A DNA stretch of 64,000 nt, from the NCBI GenBank assembly GCA_030695905.1, contig JAUYOL010000043.1, positions 128,998 to 192,997 on the forward strand. Direction: 5' to 3'. Positions 10,121 to 18,698 of this stretch are shown here, one piece after another (within the stretch, counting starts at the first letter, position 1; each line of letters begins with the position of its first letter). This DNA is from Candidatus Omnitrophota bacterium. Its GTDB lineage: Bacteria > Omnitrophota > Gorgyraeia > 2-01-FULL-45-10. A program made the position numbers and the translations under genes. The notes beneath the pieces were generated by a model. The model saw only the letters and a list, made by a program, of their open reading frames with translations. It did not search any database and was not told the DNA's origin.

Positions 10121-10863
10121 ATATTGCAATTGACCAATATCAAGCAGAACAAAAGTGCCGAGACCTCGGCAATTTCGTTTGCCGCGCCGATTGTGTCCCC
10201 TGTCATCCCGCCGATTTTTCTTTTCGCATATTGTATAAATAAAAATATAGTAACTGATAAAAGAGCCGTCAGGACAATGCCTTTTATGCCCATTAAAAAC
10301 CAGTTTAAAATCAGTGTAAATACGGCTCCTGCAAATATATCGGCCCTCTTCGCGTATTTTACAAAATATTTTGCCTTACCTTCGTCACGCGCATACTTGG
10401 ACACAGAGCACGCAAATGCCTGGAGCCATCTGGCGGATACGGCCGCCGCCAACAAAATCTTCCATAAGTCTTCCGGATGGATACTCGCTATTATCGCAAA
10501 TTTAAAGAGCAAAAGCAGCGCAATACCTGCCGCGCCCATCGTTCCAATGCGGCTGTCGCGCATTATTTTTAAAATATCCTCTTTAGAGCGCTTCCCGTAA
10601 AAACCATCGCAGGTATCCGCAAAACCGTCCAGATGGATTGCGCCGGTTATCACTACCCACACAATAAGAATCAGGGCGCTTCCGACTAAAGGCGGAAAAG
10701 ATGTTGAAATAAAAGCTATGCCTGCAAGAAGGGTGCCCAATAAGAGGCCTATGACAGGAAAATAAACGAGGGATCTGCCAAAATCCCCGTCTTCTATCTT
10801 TCCTTTAATGCTAACGGGAAGGATGGTCAGAAACTGCAAGGCTATCAGAAATCGCGTCTTCAT
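10117..10863 (-). CDS. cobS: Adenosylcobinamide-GDP ribazoletransferase CobS
   Basis: ALQFLT, TGAIHLDGFADTCDG, IMRDSRIG, GGMTGDTIGA. Confidence 0.96.
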   Translation of the reverse strand: MKTRFLIALQFLTILPVSIKGKIEDGDFGRSLVYFPVIGLLLGTLLAGIAFISTSFPPLVGSALILIVWVVITGAIHLDGFADTCDGFYGKRSKEDILKIMRDSRIGTMGAAGIALLLLFKFAIIASIHPEDLWKILLAAAVSARWLQAFACSVSKYARDEGKAKYFVKYAKRADIFAGAVFTLILNWFLMGIKGIVLTALLSVTIFLFIQYAKRKIGGMTGDTIGAANEIAEVSALLFCLILVNCNI

Positions 10864-11915
10864 TTTTTTTCGGAAACACCGGCATTCTCAAAAGTCGCCA
10901 TCTCATTCAATATCTTGGTGCCGGCCTCGATAATATTCATAGCCAGTGCGGCACCGGTCCCTTCCCCCAAACGTAAGCTTAAATCAAGGATGGGCTTAAG
11001 CCCTAAAAATTCAAGCGCTTTTTTATGCCCCTGCTCTACAGAGCAATGCGCGGCTATCATATAGTCTTTTGTCTTAGGCTCTATTTTATATGCTATCAAT
11101 GCGGCCGCTCCGGAAATAAATCCATCTATAACCACGGGTATCCTGTGCTCCGCGGCAGCCAGTATTACTCCCGCCAATCCGCCTATCTCAAATCCGCCCA
11201 CTTTAGATAAGATATCTATGCCATCTTCCGGATTTGGCTTATTTACTTTTAGAGCCTCTTTTATAGCGTTGATTTTACTCTTTAGGGTTTTATCATCGAC
11301 CCCGGTACCCCTGCCTGTCACATCTTCCACATCCCTGCCGGTAATAACAGAGACTATGGCGCTTGAGGGAGTAGTATTGCCGATCCCCATGTCTCCCGTT
11401 CCAACAATATCGATTCCATTTATCAGCTCTGCTTTGAACGCCTCTATACCATTTTCAATGGATTTAACAGCCTCGTCTTTTGACATCGCGGGACCTTTTG
11501 TCATATTCTTTGTACCGCGATTTACCTTTTTTATAATGAGAGCCGGATCATTTTTAAGATCGCAAGCAACTCCCATATCGATGACAACAACTCTCGCGCC
11601 CGCGTGCCTGGCGAGCACGTTTATGCCCGCTGTGCCATTTAGAAAATTATATACCATCTGAGGGGTAACTTCCTTGGGAAACGCGCTAACATTATTTTCA
11701 ACAACGCCATGATCCCCGGCCATCGTAAATATAACCTTGCGTGCCAGCTTCGGGTTTCTGGTTTTGGTTATTTCCACAACCTGCTTGGCCAGATCTTCCA
11801 GCCTTCCAAGGCTTCCTTGGGGCTTCGTCAGATTATCTAATCTCTTCTGTGTTTCTTCAGATAACGAATCATCAATTTTCTTAATTCTCGATATTGTTTC
11901 ATTCAATAATTTCAT
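10860..11915 (-). CDS. cobT: Nicotinate-nucleotide-dimethylbenzimidazole phosphoribosyltransferase CobT
   Basis: LTKPQGSLGRLE, AGDHGV, GDMGIGNTT, LRLGEGTGA. Confidence 0.96.
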   Translation of the reverse strand: MKLLNETISRIKKIDDSLSEETQKRLDNLTKPQGSLGRLEDLAKQVVEITKTRNPKLARKVIFTMAGDHGVVENNVSAFPKEVTPQMVYNFLNGTAGINVLARHAGARVVVIDMGVACDLKNDPALIIKKVNRGTKNMTKGPAMSKDEAVKSIENGIEAFKAELINGIDIVGTGDMGIGNTTPSSAIVSVITGRDVEDVTGRGTGVDDKTLKSKINAIKEALKVNKPNPEDGIDILSKVGGFEIGGLAGVILAAAEHRIPVVIDGFISGAAALIAYKIEPKTKDYMIAAHCSVEQGHKKALEFLGLKPILDLSLRLGEGTGAALAMNIIEAGTKILNEMATFENAGVSEKK

Positions 11916-11923
11916 ATGCCCGC

Positions 11924-12445
11924 CTATTTTATGCTTACCGGTATCCCTGCATGCATCATAATAACCTCATCGGCCCGTGCCGCTATTACCTGATTCGCCA
12001 TTCCGATCAGGTCGCGGAATCTCCTCGATAGCGCGTCGCCGGGTACTATGCCTTCTCCCACCTCGTTTGATACTATGATAACGATGCCTGCTTTAGCTTT
12101 GGATACACTGTCGCAGAGCTTTTTTATTCTTTTTTCTATCGCGCTATCATTCATATTGGTCATTAAAAGATTAGAGATCCATAACCCGAGACAATCGATT
12201 AGCGCTACGCGATATACCGGCTTCAGCCCGTCAAGGATATCGCATATGTTTACAGGCTCCTCAATGAGATCCCAGCCCTTCGGCCTTGAAGTCTTATGCA
12301 GCCGGATTCTATTCTTCATCTCCTCATCTGACGCGGTAGCAGTCGCGATAAATACAGTCTTTTTATTAATAGTTTTTGCAAGCGCAACAGCATGCTGGCT
12401 CTTACCGCTTCGCGCACCGCCTAAAATAAAGGTCATATTACTCAT
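11924..12445 (-). CDS. cobU: Adenosylcobinamide kinase/guanylyltransferase CobU
   Basis: GGARSGKS, EMKNRIRLH, IDCLGLW, VSNEVGEG, RRFRD. Confidence 0.95.
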   Translation of the reverse strand: MSNMTFILGGARSGKSQHAVALAKTINKKTVFIATATASDEEMKNRIRLHKTSRPKGWDLIEEPVNICDILDGLKPVYRVALIDCLGLWISNLLMTNMNDSAIEKRIKKLCDSVSKAKAGIVIIVSNEVGEGIVPGDALSRRFRDLIGMANQVIAARADEVIMMHAGIPVSIK

Positions 12446-13043
12446 CGCTGCCCCTAAGATGCCCGATGTCGTTGAATTTTATCAATCTGAGTTTTCCTCT
12501 TTTATGTTCTACCATGGTAACGCTCGCAGGCGATGGGACACAGCTCCAAAAGTTCCCGCTCCTTGATATACCGTTCACAAATATACCTATCACTCCGCCG
12601 TGGCAAACAACGGCAATCGTCTTATCGGGATTAGATTTTACTATCTTCCGCAGGGCATTCCCGACCCTCTTTTTAAAAACACCCATAGGCTCTGCGTTAG
12701 GAATTCTATTTTTGAAAGAATTTTTTATCCATTTCTTGTAGATAATCGTATATCTTTCCATGATGTCTTGATGGCGCAACCCTTCAAGAACGCCGAAATT
12801 AATTTCACGCAACCCCCGGTCTATAATTATTTTTCTTTCTTTAAAAAGTATGCGAGCGGTTTGTGTAGCGCGTTTTTGATTACTGCAATATATTTTATCG
12901 AACCTATCGATATCGAGCCCTTTGGATAGCAGCTTAACCTGAGACTTGCCTTCATTGCTTAATCCTATATCTTTGTGGCCGCAGTAACGCTTTTGTTTAT
13001 TCCACCTGGTTACGCCATGACGTATCAAAATCAACCTTGTCAT
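12438..13043 (-). CDS. cobC: Alpha-ribazole-phosphate phosphatase CobC (histidine phosphatase family)
   Basis: LIRHG, LREINFG, VCHGG; cob operon context. Confidence 0.85.
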   Translation of the reverse strand: MTRLILIRHGVTRWNKQKRYCGHKDIGLSNEGKSQVKLLSKGLDIDRFDKIYCSNQKRATQTARILFKERKIIIDRGLREINFGVLEGLRHQDIMERYTIIYKKWIKNSFKNRIPNAEPMGVFKKRVGNALRKIVKSNPDKTIAVVCHGGVIGIFVNGISRSGNFWSCVPSPASVTMVEHKRGKLRLIKFNDIGHLRGSDE

Positions 13044-13067
13044 AAATATTTTCTTAAAATATTCCTG

Positions 13068-14447
13068 TTATTTTATTGCGAGATCAAGCGTCGTAAGCGT
13101 GCCTTTATCCCATTTGTCCCACAAATACGCGTCTTCTTTATTATCGGCGATTAATCTAAACGCGTATTTGACCTGCTCTTCATAGAGTCCGCAAAACGCG
13201 CCTCTTGAAGCCATCGAGCCGTTTATAGCCCACGCTTCGGCAGGGCACGGCGAACCGCAAAAATGACGGATAGCGCAGCGAGAACATGGCTCAATATCCT
13301 CAACGCGCCTGCCTGTAACAGATTTGAATGGCGCGGTTTTTAGGACGTTTCGGACATTATCCCTGAAGATATTGCCGCCCATAAATTTCTTTATCCCTAT
13401 AAATTCGCTGCAAGGAAACATGTCTCCTCTGCTCGAAATCGCAAAAAAACATCTGCCGCCCCCGCATGGCGAAATATCACACATAAGCCGCCGTGCCGTG
13501 GGCGCGAGAATGCTTATCAAGATATTCGCGAAATTAGCGATTACCAGTTTGCGGCCGGTCTGCTGATAAAGCTCGTAAGCGCGATCCAGGGCTTTCAGGT
13601 AAAATTTCGCCGATTCCTCGTCCGACGGTTTTTGTCTGCGTCCGCCGGGAAGAGTACATCGGACAGGGTTAAGCATGCAAGTGGGCACTTCCAGGCCATG
13701 AAAAAACTCGACTATCTTTGCCTGGTAGGGCATATTTTCTTTCGTTACGGTGCATATGACCGAATAATTATGATACCCTTTAAGCCTGTCTATCGCCTGT
13801 AAAACTTTTTGGGAAACGCCTTTACCGCTCCAGTCCCGGCGTAATCTGTCGGCTACACCATCTACGTGGCCGTCCAGAGAAAGGCCTATGCTTATGCCTC
13901 TTGAAGTCAAAAATTCTGTCGTTTCAGCGTCCAAAAGCGTTCCATTGGTTTGAACACCAAAACGAAAGTCCTTCTTAAATTTGTCTATCGCGGTAAAAAC
14001 GGCTTCTTTATTAAGCAGGGGTTCCGCCCCATGAAAAATAATCTGAGGCATCTGGCCCTTTAATAAAGTGGATTTAAAATAATCCTTAAGAATCCCCAGG
14101 GCTTTCAAAATCTTTTGGACGGGCATATTTGAGCCGCTTTTACGCAGATCTGCGGGAATGTAGCAATAAGAACAATTCAAATTACATTTGTCTGTAGGAT
14201 TAAAATATACGGCTGAGGGATTTAATCCAAACCGTAAGGTGTTCATTTCGGCATAAAAAGCCTTCGCCTTCTTGCGGTATCCGTTTAAAACAGAAGAATT
14301 TTCCAGCGCGGCGGATAGCTTATCTTTTCTTACCAATGCCCAAAATGCCGTATCGGCGGAAACTAAACAAGCATAGTCCCTATGGCCGATGTCTATGGGC
14401 TGAATAGTATCTCCCTCGCCCATATTAAAATTAGTCTGAGTCTTCAT
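13068..14447 (-). CDS. cbpB: Radical SAM/SPASM peptide maturase, CbpB type
   Basis: CNLNCSYC radical SAM triad, FHGAEPLL, SPASM cysteines (CDISPCGGGRC, PCSEF, CSRCAIRHFCGSPC, FC); follows a short peptide gene. Confidence 0.85.
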   Translation of the reverse strand: MKTQTNFNMGEGDTIQPIDIGHRDYACLVSADTAFWALVRKDKLSAALENSSVLNGYRKKAKAFYAEMNTLRFGLNPSAVYFNPTDKCNLNCSYCYIPADLRKSGSNMPVQKILKALGILKDYFKSTLLKGQMPQIIFHGAEPLLNKEAVFTAIDKFKKDFRFGVQTNGTLLDAETTEFLTSRGISIGLSLDGHVDGVADRLRRDWSGKGVSQKVLQAIDRLKGYHNYSVICTVTKENMPYQAKIVEFFHGLEVPTCMLNPVRCTLPGGRRQKPSDEESAKFYLKALDRAYELYQQTGRKLVIANFANILISILAPTARRLMCDISPCGGGRCFFAISSRGDMFPCSEFIGIKKFMGGNIFRDNVRNVLKTAPFKSVTGRRVEDIEPCSRCAIRHFCGSPCPAEAWAINGSMASRGAFCGLYEEQVKYAFRLIADNKEDAYLWDKWDKGTLTTLDLAIK

Positions 14448-14466
14448 GGTGTTTTATCTTTGTGAA

Positions 14467-14583
14467 TTAAGACTTGCTCCCTTTATTCAATAACACATAA
14501 TGCGACAAACCTGTGCCGTTAGCTTTACATTTCTTACGGCTGGCTATAATGCTTTTCTTTATTTTGCTCGCCTTTTTCTCCAT
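14467..14583 (-). CDS. cbpA: 38-aa modified-peptide precursor, CbpA type: MEKKASKIKKSIIASRKKCKANGTGLSHYVLLNKGSKS
   Basis: Manual translation; SD AGGAGGT 7 nt upstream of ATG; IAxRKxCxxxGTGLSHY core recalled from the CbpA family. Below the ORF-track size cutoff. Confidence 0.85.
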   Translation of the reverse strand: MEKKASKIKKSIIASRKKCKANGTGLSHYVLLNKGSKS

Positions 14584-14617
14584 ATCATTCACCTCCTTTA
14601 TATTTTATGGTTCCATG

Positions 14618-14654
14618 AAATAAAAAGCCCCGCGACTGAAAAACAGTGCGGGGT
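14618..14654 (-). terminator. Intrinsic terminator/attenuator in the riboswitch expression platform
   Basis: Transcript ACCCCGCACUG-UUUUU-CAGUCGCGGGGC followed by UUUUUAUUU, between aptamer and cbpA RBS. Confidence 0.75.
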
Positions 14655-14709
14655 ATGTTCCCTGGTTTTACAAAACCCGTATACAGCGGCATTATTCACG
14701 ATGCCTTGA

Positions 14710-14932
14710 TATATAGGTAGGTCTTCTGACTGCCCAGCCCTTTTTAACTGCCTTCCCATTCCAGAAATAATAGAATAGTGGCTTTATTGTTAAAAAGGCT
14801 CCTTTTCTAAAAACAAGAAAAGGGCTGAGCTACAGCGGCGGGACCGTTTCCGTTTTCCCGCCAGATTCGCTCAAACAAATCTAAGCGGCGGGACTGGAAT
14901 TCCCTTTTAAGCTCTCTCGAGCACCTATACAG
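14710..14932 (-). ncRNA. Cobalamin (B12) riboswitch
   Basis: Transcript has UAGGUGC...UUAAAAGGGAA...CGGUCCCGCCGCUGUA...GCCACU...GGGAAGGC...AGUCAGAAGACCUACCU (B12 box); P1 UAUAGGU/ACCUAUA; heads the cob/cbi operon. Confidence 0.93.
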
Positions 14933-14957
14933 TTCAATGTGTCAAAGAATAAATTAG

Positions 14958-14985
14958 ATTATAGCGCATTGCTCTAAAACGTCAA
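14958..14985 (-). promoter_or_regulatory. Sigma70-type promoter of the cobalamin operon
   Basis: TTGACG-16 nt-TATAAT just upstream of the riboswitch. Confidence 0.7.
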
Positions 14986-14997
14986 GTAAAATTTTTC

Positions 14998-15753
14998 CTA
15001 CGCCTTTTCGATCTCCTTCAAGAATTCTACGGATTTGAGGCGGCGTTCGATGTGGTAATCTAAGAATTTTCGCAGGATAGACTCGAGCTCTTTGCCGACA
15101 ACGTTTGCGACCTTGATACGCTCAACTTTCTCAAACGGAAGTTCGCGTATATGCTCGATGAACTTAACGGTTCCCGCCATTATCGGCAGCGCGTTTTTGT
15201 CTTTATCTATGCAGGTTTTACATATAAGCCCTCCATGCGCGACGCTGAATTTAGCTCCCGGTTCGGGCTTGCTGCCGCAATACGCGCAAGCATTAAGCGT
15301 GGGCATAAGGCCTATAAGACCCAGCAATTTGATCTCGAATATTCTTGCGACTCTTTTGGCGCTTGCCTGGCTCGACAAAAGCGTTAAACTATTCAGGAGA
15401 AGCCCGAAGATTTCTTGGCTTTTTTCTCCCAGGCCCGTTACGGAATCAAGAAGCTCTATTATGTAATTAGCGTACGCGAGACGCTCCAAAGATTGCCTTA
15501 CCGGATAGAAAAATTCAAGCAGGTCGCACTGGGATATCGTAAAGACATCCGCCTTTTTTCTCTCATAGAACACTATCTCATCATGCGCGAATACCTCAAG
15601 GCTTCCCCCGCCATACTGCGCGTGCGGACCGCGCACACCACGCACTATCCCTTTTATCTTGCCGAAATCTTTTGTAAATAAAGTGACTATCAGGCTGGTT
15701 TCTCTTAGGTCCTGCCGCCTTATTACTATGGCTTCAGATTTCTGGATAGGCAT
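14998..15753 (-). CDS. recO: DNA repair protein RecO
   Basis: LRETSLIVTLFTKDFGKI OB-fold, FEIKLL, CxxC...CxxC Zn finger. Confidence 0.93.
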   Translation of the reverse strand: MPIQKSEAIVIRRQDLRETSLIVTLFTKDFGKIKGIVRGVRGPHAQYGGGSLEVFAHDEIVFYERKKADVFTISQCDLLEFFYPVRQSLERLAYANYIIELLDSVTGLGEKSQEIFGLLLNSLTLLSSQASAKRVARIFEIKLLGLIGLMPTLNACAYCGSKPEPGAKFSVAHGGLICKTCIDKDKNALPIMAGTVKFIEHIRELPFEKVERIKVANVVGKELESILRKFLDYHIERRLKSVEFLKEIEKA

Positions 15754-15756
15754 AAT

Positions 15757-16458
15757 TTAACGCAGCAGCTGAAATACGAGCGTCGTTACCAATACACCCA
15801 ATATACCGCCCGCGACAACTTCCCGTATTGTGTGGATAGAAGATTTTATCCTGTGGCGCGCTATCAGGAACGCCATCACAAAAGCCAGTATTATGACTAT
15901 CGCGTTGTGGGTAAGAAACGCTATGATAGTCCACATTGAAAATGCTATGGCCGTGTGACCCGACGGCATGCCTCCGCGCATCGGCGTCCCGCTATGCAAT
16001 ACTATCTTGCCGAATATAGTAACGGCCAGCACAACTATAATCGAAATAAATGTAAGATGCCAGGGACTCCTGCCTATCCTCATTATTCCATCTTCCACGC
16101 TAAACGGAAGCCTGCCCGCGAATAACAGGTAGCCAACTATCGCAGCGTTTATAGCGGTCAACAATACCGCGCCCGCCGAAACGTCTTTTATGATCCTCGC
16201 GATGGGGTGGTATTCCATCTGCACTATAATATCTACAACCAGTTCCACCGCCGTATTGATCATCTCCGCCGATAGGACCAGTGTGATCGTAAGAGCGAGT
16301 ATCATCAATTCATTGGGCGTAAAATTAAAGAATATTCCCAAGAGCAAAATCAATATAGCCAAAAGGAAATGGATGCGCATATTCCTCTGGGTCTTGATAA
16401 CGTAGAAAAAACCTTCTATCGCGGCGTTAAAACTTTCGAAAAGCTTGACTTGGCGCAT
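15757..16458 (-). CDS. dgkA: Diacylglycerol/undecaprenol kinase fused to PAP2 phosphatase domain
   Basis: SFNAAIEG, QRNMRIH, EMINTAVE, IKDVSAGAVL; C-term GGMPSGH...RIKSSIHT. Confidence 0.88.
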   Translation of the reverse strand: MRQVKLFESFNAAIEGFFYVIKTQRNMRIHFLLAILILLLGIFFNFTPNELMILALTITLVLSAEMINTAVELVVDIIVQMEYHPIARIIKDVSAGAVLLTAINAAIVGYLLFAGRLPFSVEDGIMRIGRSPWHLTFISIIVVLAVTIFGKIVLHSGTPMRGGMPSGHTAIAFSMWTIIAFLTHNAIVIILAFVMAFLIARHRIKSSIHTIREVVAGGILGVLVTTLVFQLLR

Positions 16459-16886
16459 AGTATTTTTAATATCCTGTTCTCTTTTGCCGACATCTTCTTC
16501 TTTTCGCGCGCAGTCTCATCATCGTAGCCGAAAAGATGCAGAATGCCGTGTATTACGTACAAAATTATCTCTTCTTCGAATAATGTGCCGAAGACTTTTG
16601 AATTCTTAAGCGCGGTATCGGACGATATTAATATCTGTCCGCACTCTCCAAGATCAAAACTTAACACATCCGTAGCCCTGTCGCTATGCTTATACTTCTT
16701 ATTAACCGGTTTTATAGCTTTATCGCTTAAAAAAACTATATCCAGCTTTGTATCGCGCGGTTTACCTAAAATCTCCAGAATTTCTACACCGATTCTTTTT
16801 ATAAGCGGCTCGTTAAGGCTGAACTTTTTATTCGCATTTTTTACAACAACCCCAGACACCCTGTGCCCGGTCCTGTTCTTACTCAT
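16416..16886 (-). CDS. ybeY: rRNA maturation RNase YbeY
   Basis: ATDVLSF and HGILHLFGYD (third His of the motif is D here). Confidence 0.88.
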   Translation of the reverse strand: MSKNRTGHRVSGVVVKNANKKFSLNEPLIKRIGVEILEILGKPRDTKLDIVFLSDKAIKPVNKKYKHSDRATDVLSFDLGECGQILISSDTALKNSKVFGTLFEEEIILYVIHGILHLFGYDDETAREKKKMSAKENRILKILCAKSSFSKVLTPR

Positions 16887-16933
16887 GCCCTTGACCGCTC
16901 GTATGCCTTTATTATCTTTATGGTCTTTTCCAT
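16883..16933 (-). CDS. 16-aa bridging mini-ORF MEKTIKIIKAYERSRA
   Basis: ATG overlaps the aspS stop (TAATG) and its TGA overlaps the ybeY start (ATGA); fills the whole gap. Confidence 0.45.
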   Translation of the reverse strand: MEKTIKIIKAYERSRA

Positions 16934-18696
16934 TATCGCTTTATCTTGATACCCAGCTCATTCAGCTGTTTTTCATCTACTACAGAAGGAGCGCTTGTCA
17001 CAGGACAAAATGCCTTCTGTGTCTTCGGGAAGGCAATGACATCCCTTATCGAGTCGCTTCCGGTAAATATCGCCATCAGCCGGTCGAGTCCGAACGCCAC
17101 GCCGCCATGCGGAGGCGCGCCGTATTTGAACGCGTCCAGCAGGAAGCCGAACCTTGATTTCGCGTCTTCATCGCTTATGCCTATGGTCTTAAATATCAGT
17201 TCCTGCATCTTTCTGTCGTGTATCCTTATGCTCCCTGAACCGAGTTCCATACCATTCAAAACCAAATCATATGATCTTGACCGCGCGAAGTGCAGGTCTT
17301 TACCTTTTTCCAGAAGAGGTATATCTTCAGAGTGGCATGAAGTAAACGGATGATGCTCCGACTCCCATCTCTTCTCTTCATCATTGTATTTAAATAGCGG
17401 GAAGTCCACTACCCACAGGAATTCAAACCGCTTTTCATCGATAAGTCCCAGCTTTTTTCCCAGGAATTTTCTCAAATTTGCCATTGAGTCGAACACCGTT
17501 TTTTCGGAATCGGCGACTATGAATATCATGTCTCCGTCTTCCGCGCAGAGCACCTCTTTTATTGAAGATAACTCCTCTTTTGTGAAAAATTTATCGATCT
17601 GCGATGCCAGGGCGCCTTTTTCGGCTTTGAAATTAGCCAGCCCTTTAGCGCCGTATTTTTTCACAAGCTCTATCAATTCATCGACCTGGCCCCTGGAATA
17701 AGAGCCGCATCCCTTGGCATTTATGGCTATTACCTTGCCGCCCTTCTTTATAACTTCGTGGAATATTTTGAACTGACAATTCTTCACGATATTGGTTATC
17801 TCCACGAGTTCCAGTCCGAATCTTGTATCGGGCTTATCACAGCCAAACCTCGCCATCGCTTCGGAATAGCTCATTCGCGTGAATGGAGTCTTTAGATCAA
17901 CCCCTATCGCGCCTTTGAATATCTTTTTCATCAATCCTTCGGATAGCTCGAATATGTCCTCTTCGGTAACGAATGACATTTCAATATCGAACTGCGTAAA
18001 CTCGGGCTGCCTATCCGCCCTCAAATCTTCATCGCGGAAACATTTCGCTATCTGAAAATACCTATCCAGCGACGATACCATAAGCAGCTGTTTAAATAGC
18101 TGCGGCGATTGAGGAAGAGCGTAGAACATGCCGGGATTAAGCCTTGACGGGACAAGATAGTCGCGCGCGCCTTCTGGTGTTGATTTGGTAAGTATAGGTG
18201 TCTCTATTTCTACAAAATTCCTTTCGTCAAAATAGTCACGGGCAAGTTTACAGACCTTGTGTCTTAATCTTAAATTCTTCTGCATAGAAGGCCGTCTTAT
18301 GTCAAGGTATCTGTATTTTAATCTCGCTTCTTCGGATATATTTATCGCGTCCGTGATCTCAAACGGCGTGGTCAATGATTTATTGAGTATCTCCAGCGAT
18401 TGTGCCCGGATCTCTATCTTGCCGGTAGGTATCTTGTCGTTATTTGTGCCTTCGGGCCTTGACTCAACAATCCCTTCGACCATTATCACGAATTCAGAGC
18501 GTAGATTTTCCGCTTCTTTATGGACCGCGGGATGTGTTTTAGGGTCGAATACTATCTGGGTTATACCGTAGCCATCCCTTAGATCTATAAATATCAGGCT
18601 TCCATGATCCCTGCGGCTTCCTACCCATCCGCAGAGCCTGGCGGTCTTGCCTATAGTTTTTTCATTCAATTCACAGCACGTATGCGTTCTTAACAT
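16933..18696 (-). CDS. aspS: Aspartate-tRNA ligase
   Basis: MLRTHTC, TPEGARDYLVPSR, ALPQSPQLFKQ, FRDEDLRADRQPEFTQ, GAPPHGG. Confidence 0.98.
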   Translation of the reverse strand: MLRTHTCCELNEKTIGKTARLCGWVGSRRDHGSLIFIDLRDGYGITQIVFDPKTHPAVHKEAENLRSEFVIMVEGIVESRPEGTNNDKIPTGKIEIRAQSLEILNKSLTTPFEITDAINISEEARLKYRYLDIRRPSMQKNLRLRHKVCKLARDYFDERNFVEIETPILTKSTPEGARDYLVPSRLNPGMFYALPQSPQLFKQLLMVSSLDRYFQIAKCFRDEDLRADRQPEFTQFDIEMSFVTEEDIFELSEGLMKKIFKGAIGVDLKTPFTRMSYSEAMARFGCDKPDTRFGLELVEITNIVKNCQFKIFHEVIKKGGKVIAINAKGCGSYSRGQVDELIELVKKYGAKGLANFKAEKGALASQIDKFFTKEELSSIKEVLCAEDGDMIFIVADSEKTVFDSMANLRKFLGKKLGLIDEKRFEFLWVVDFPLFKYNDEEKRWESEHHPFTSCHSEDIPLLEKGKDLHFARSRSYDLVLNGMELGSGSIRIHDRKMQELIFKTIGISDEDAKSRFGFLLDAFKYGAPPHGGVAFGLDRLMAIFTGSDSIRDVIAFPKTQKAFCPVTSAPSVVDEKQLNELGIKIKR

Positions 18697-18698
18697 TT

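Noticed and set aside
14500-14709. 69-aa plus-strand ORF in the cob leader
   Set aside because: Antisense to cbpA and the attenuator; the minus-strand peptide has the SD and the family motif.
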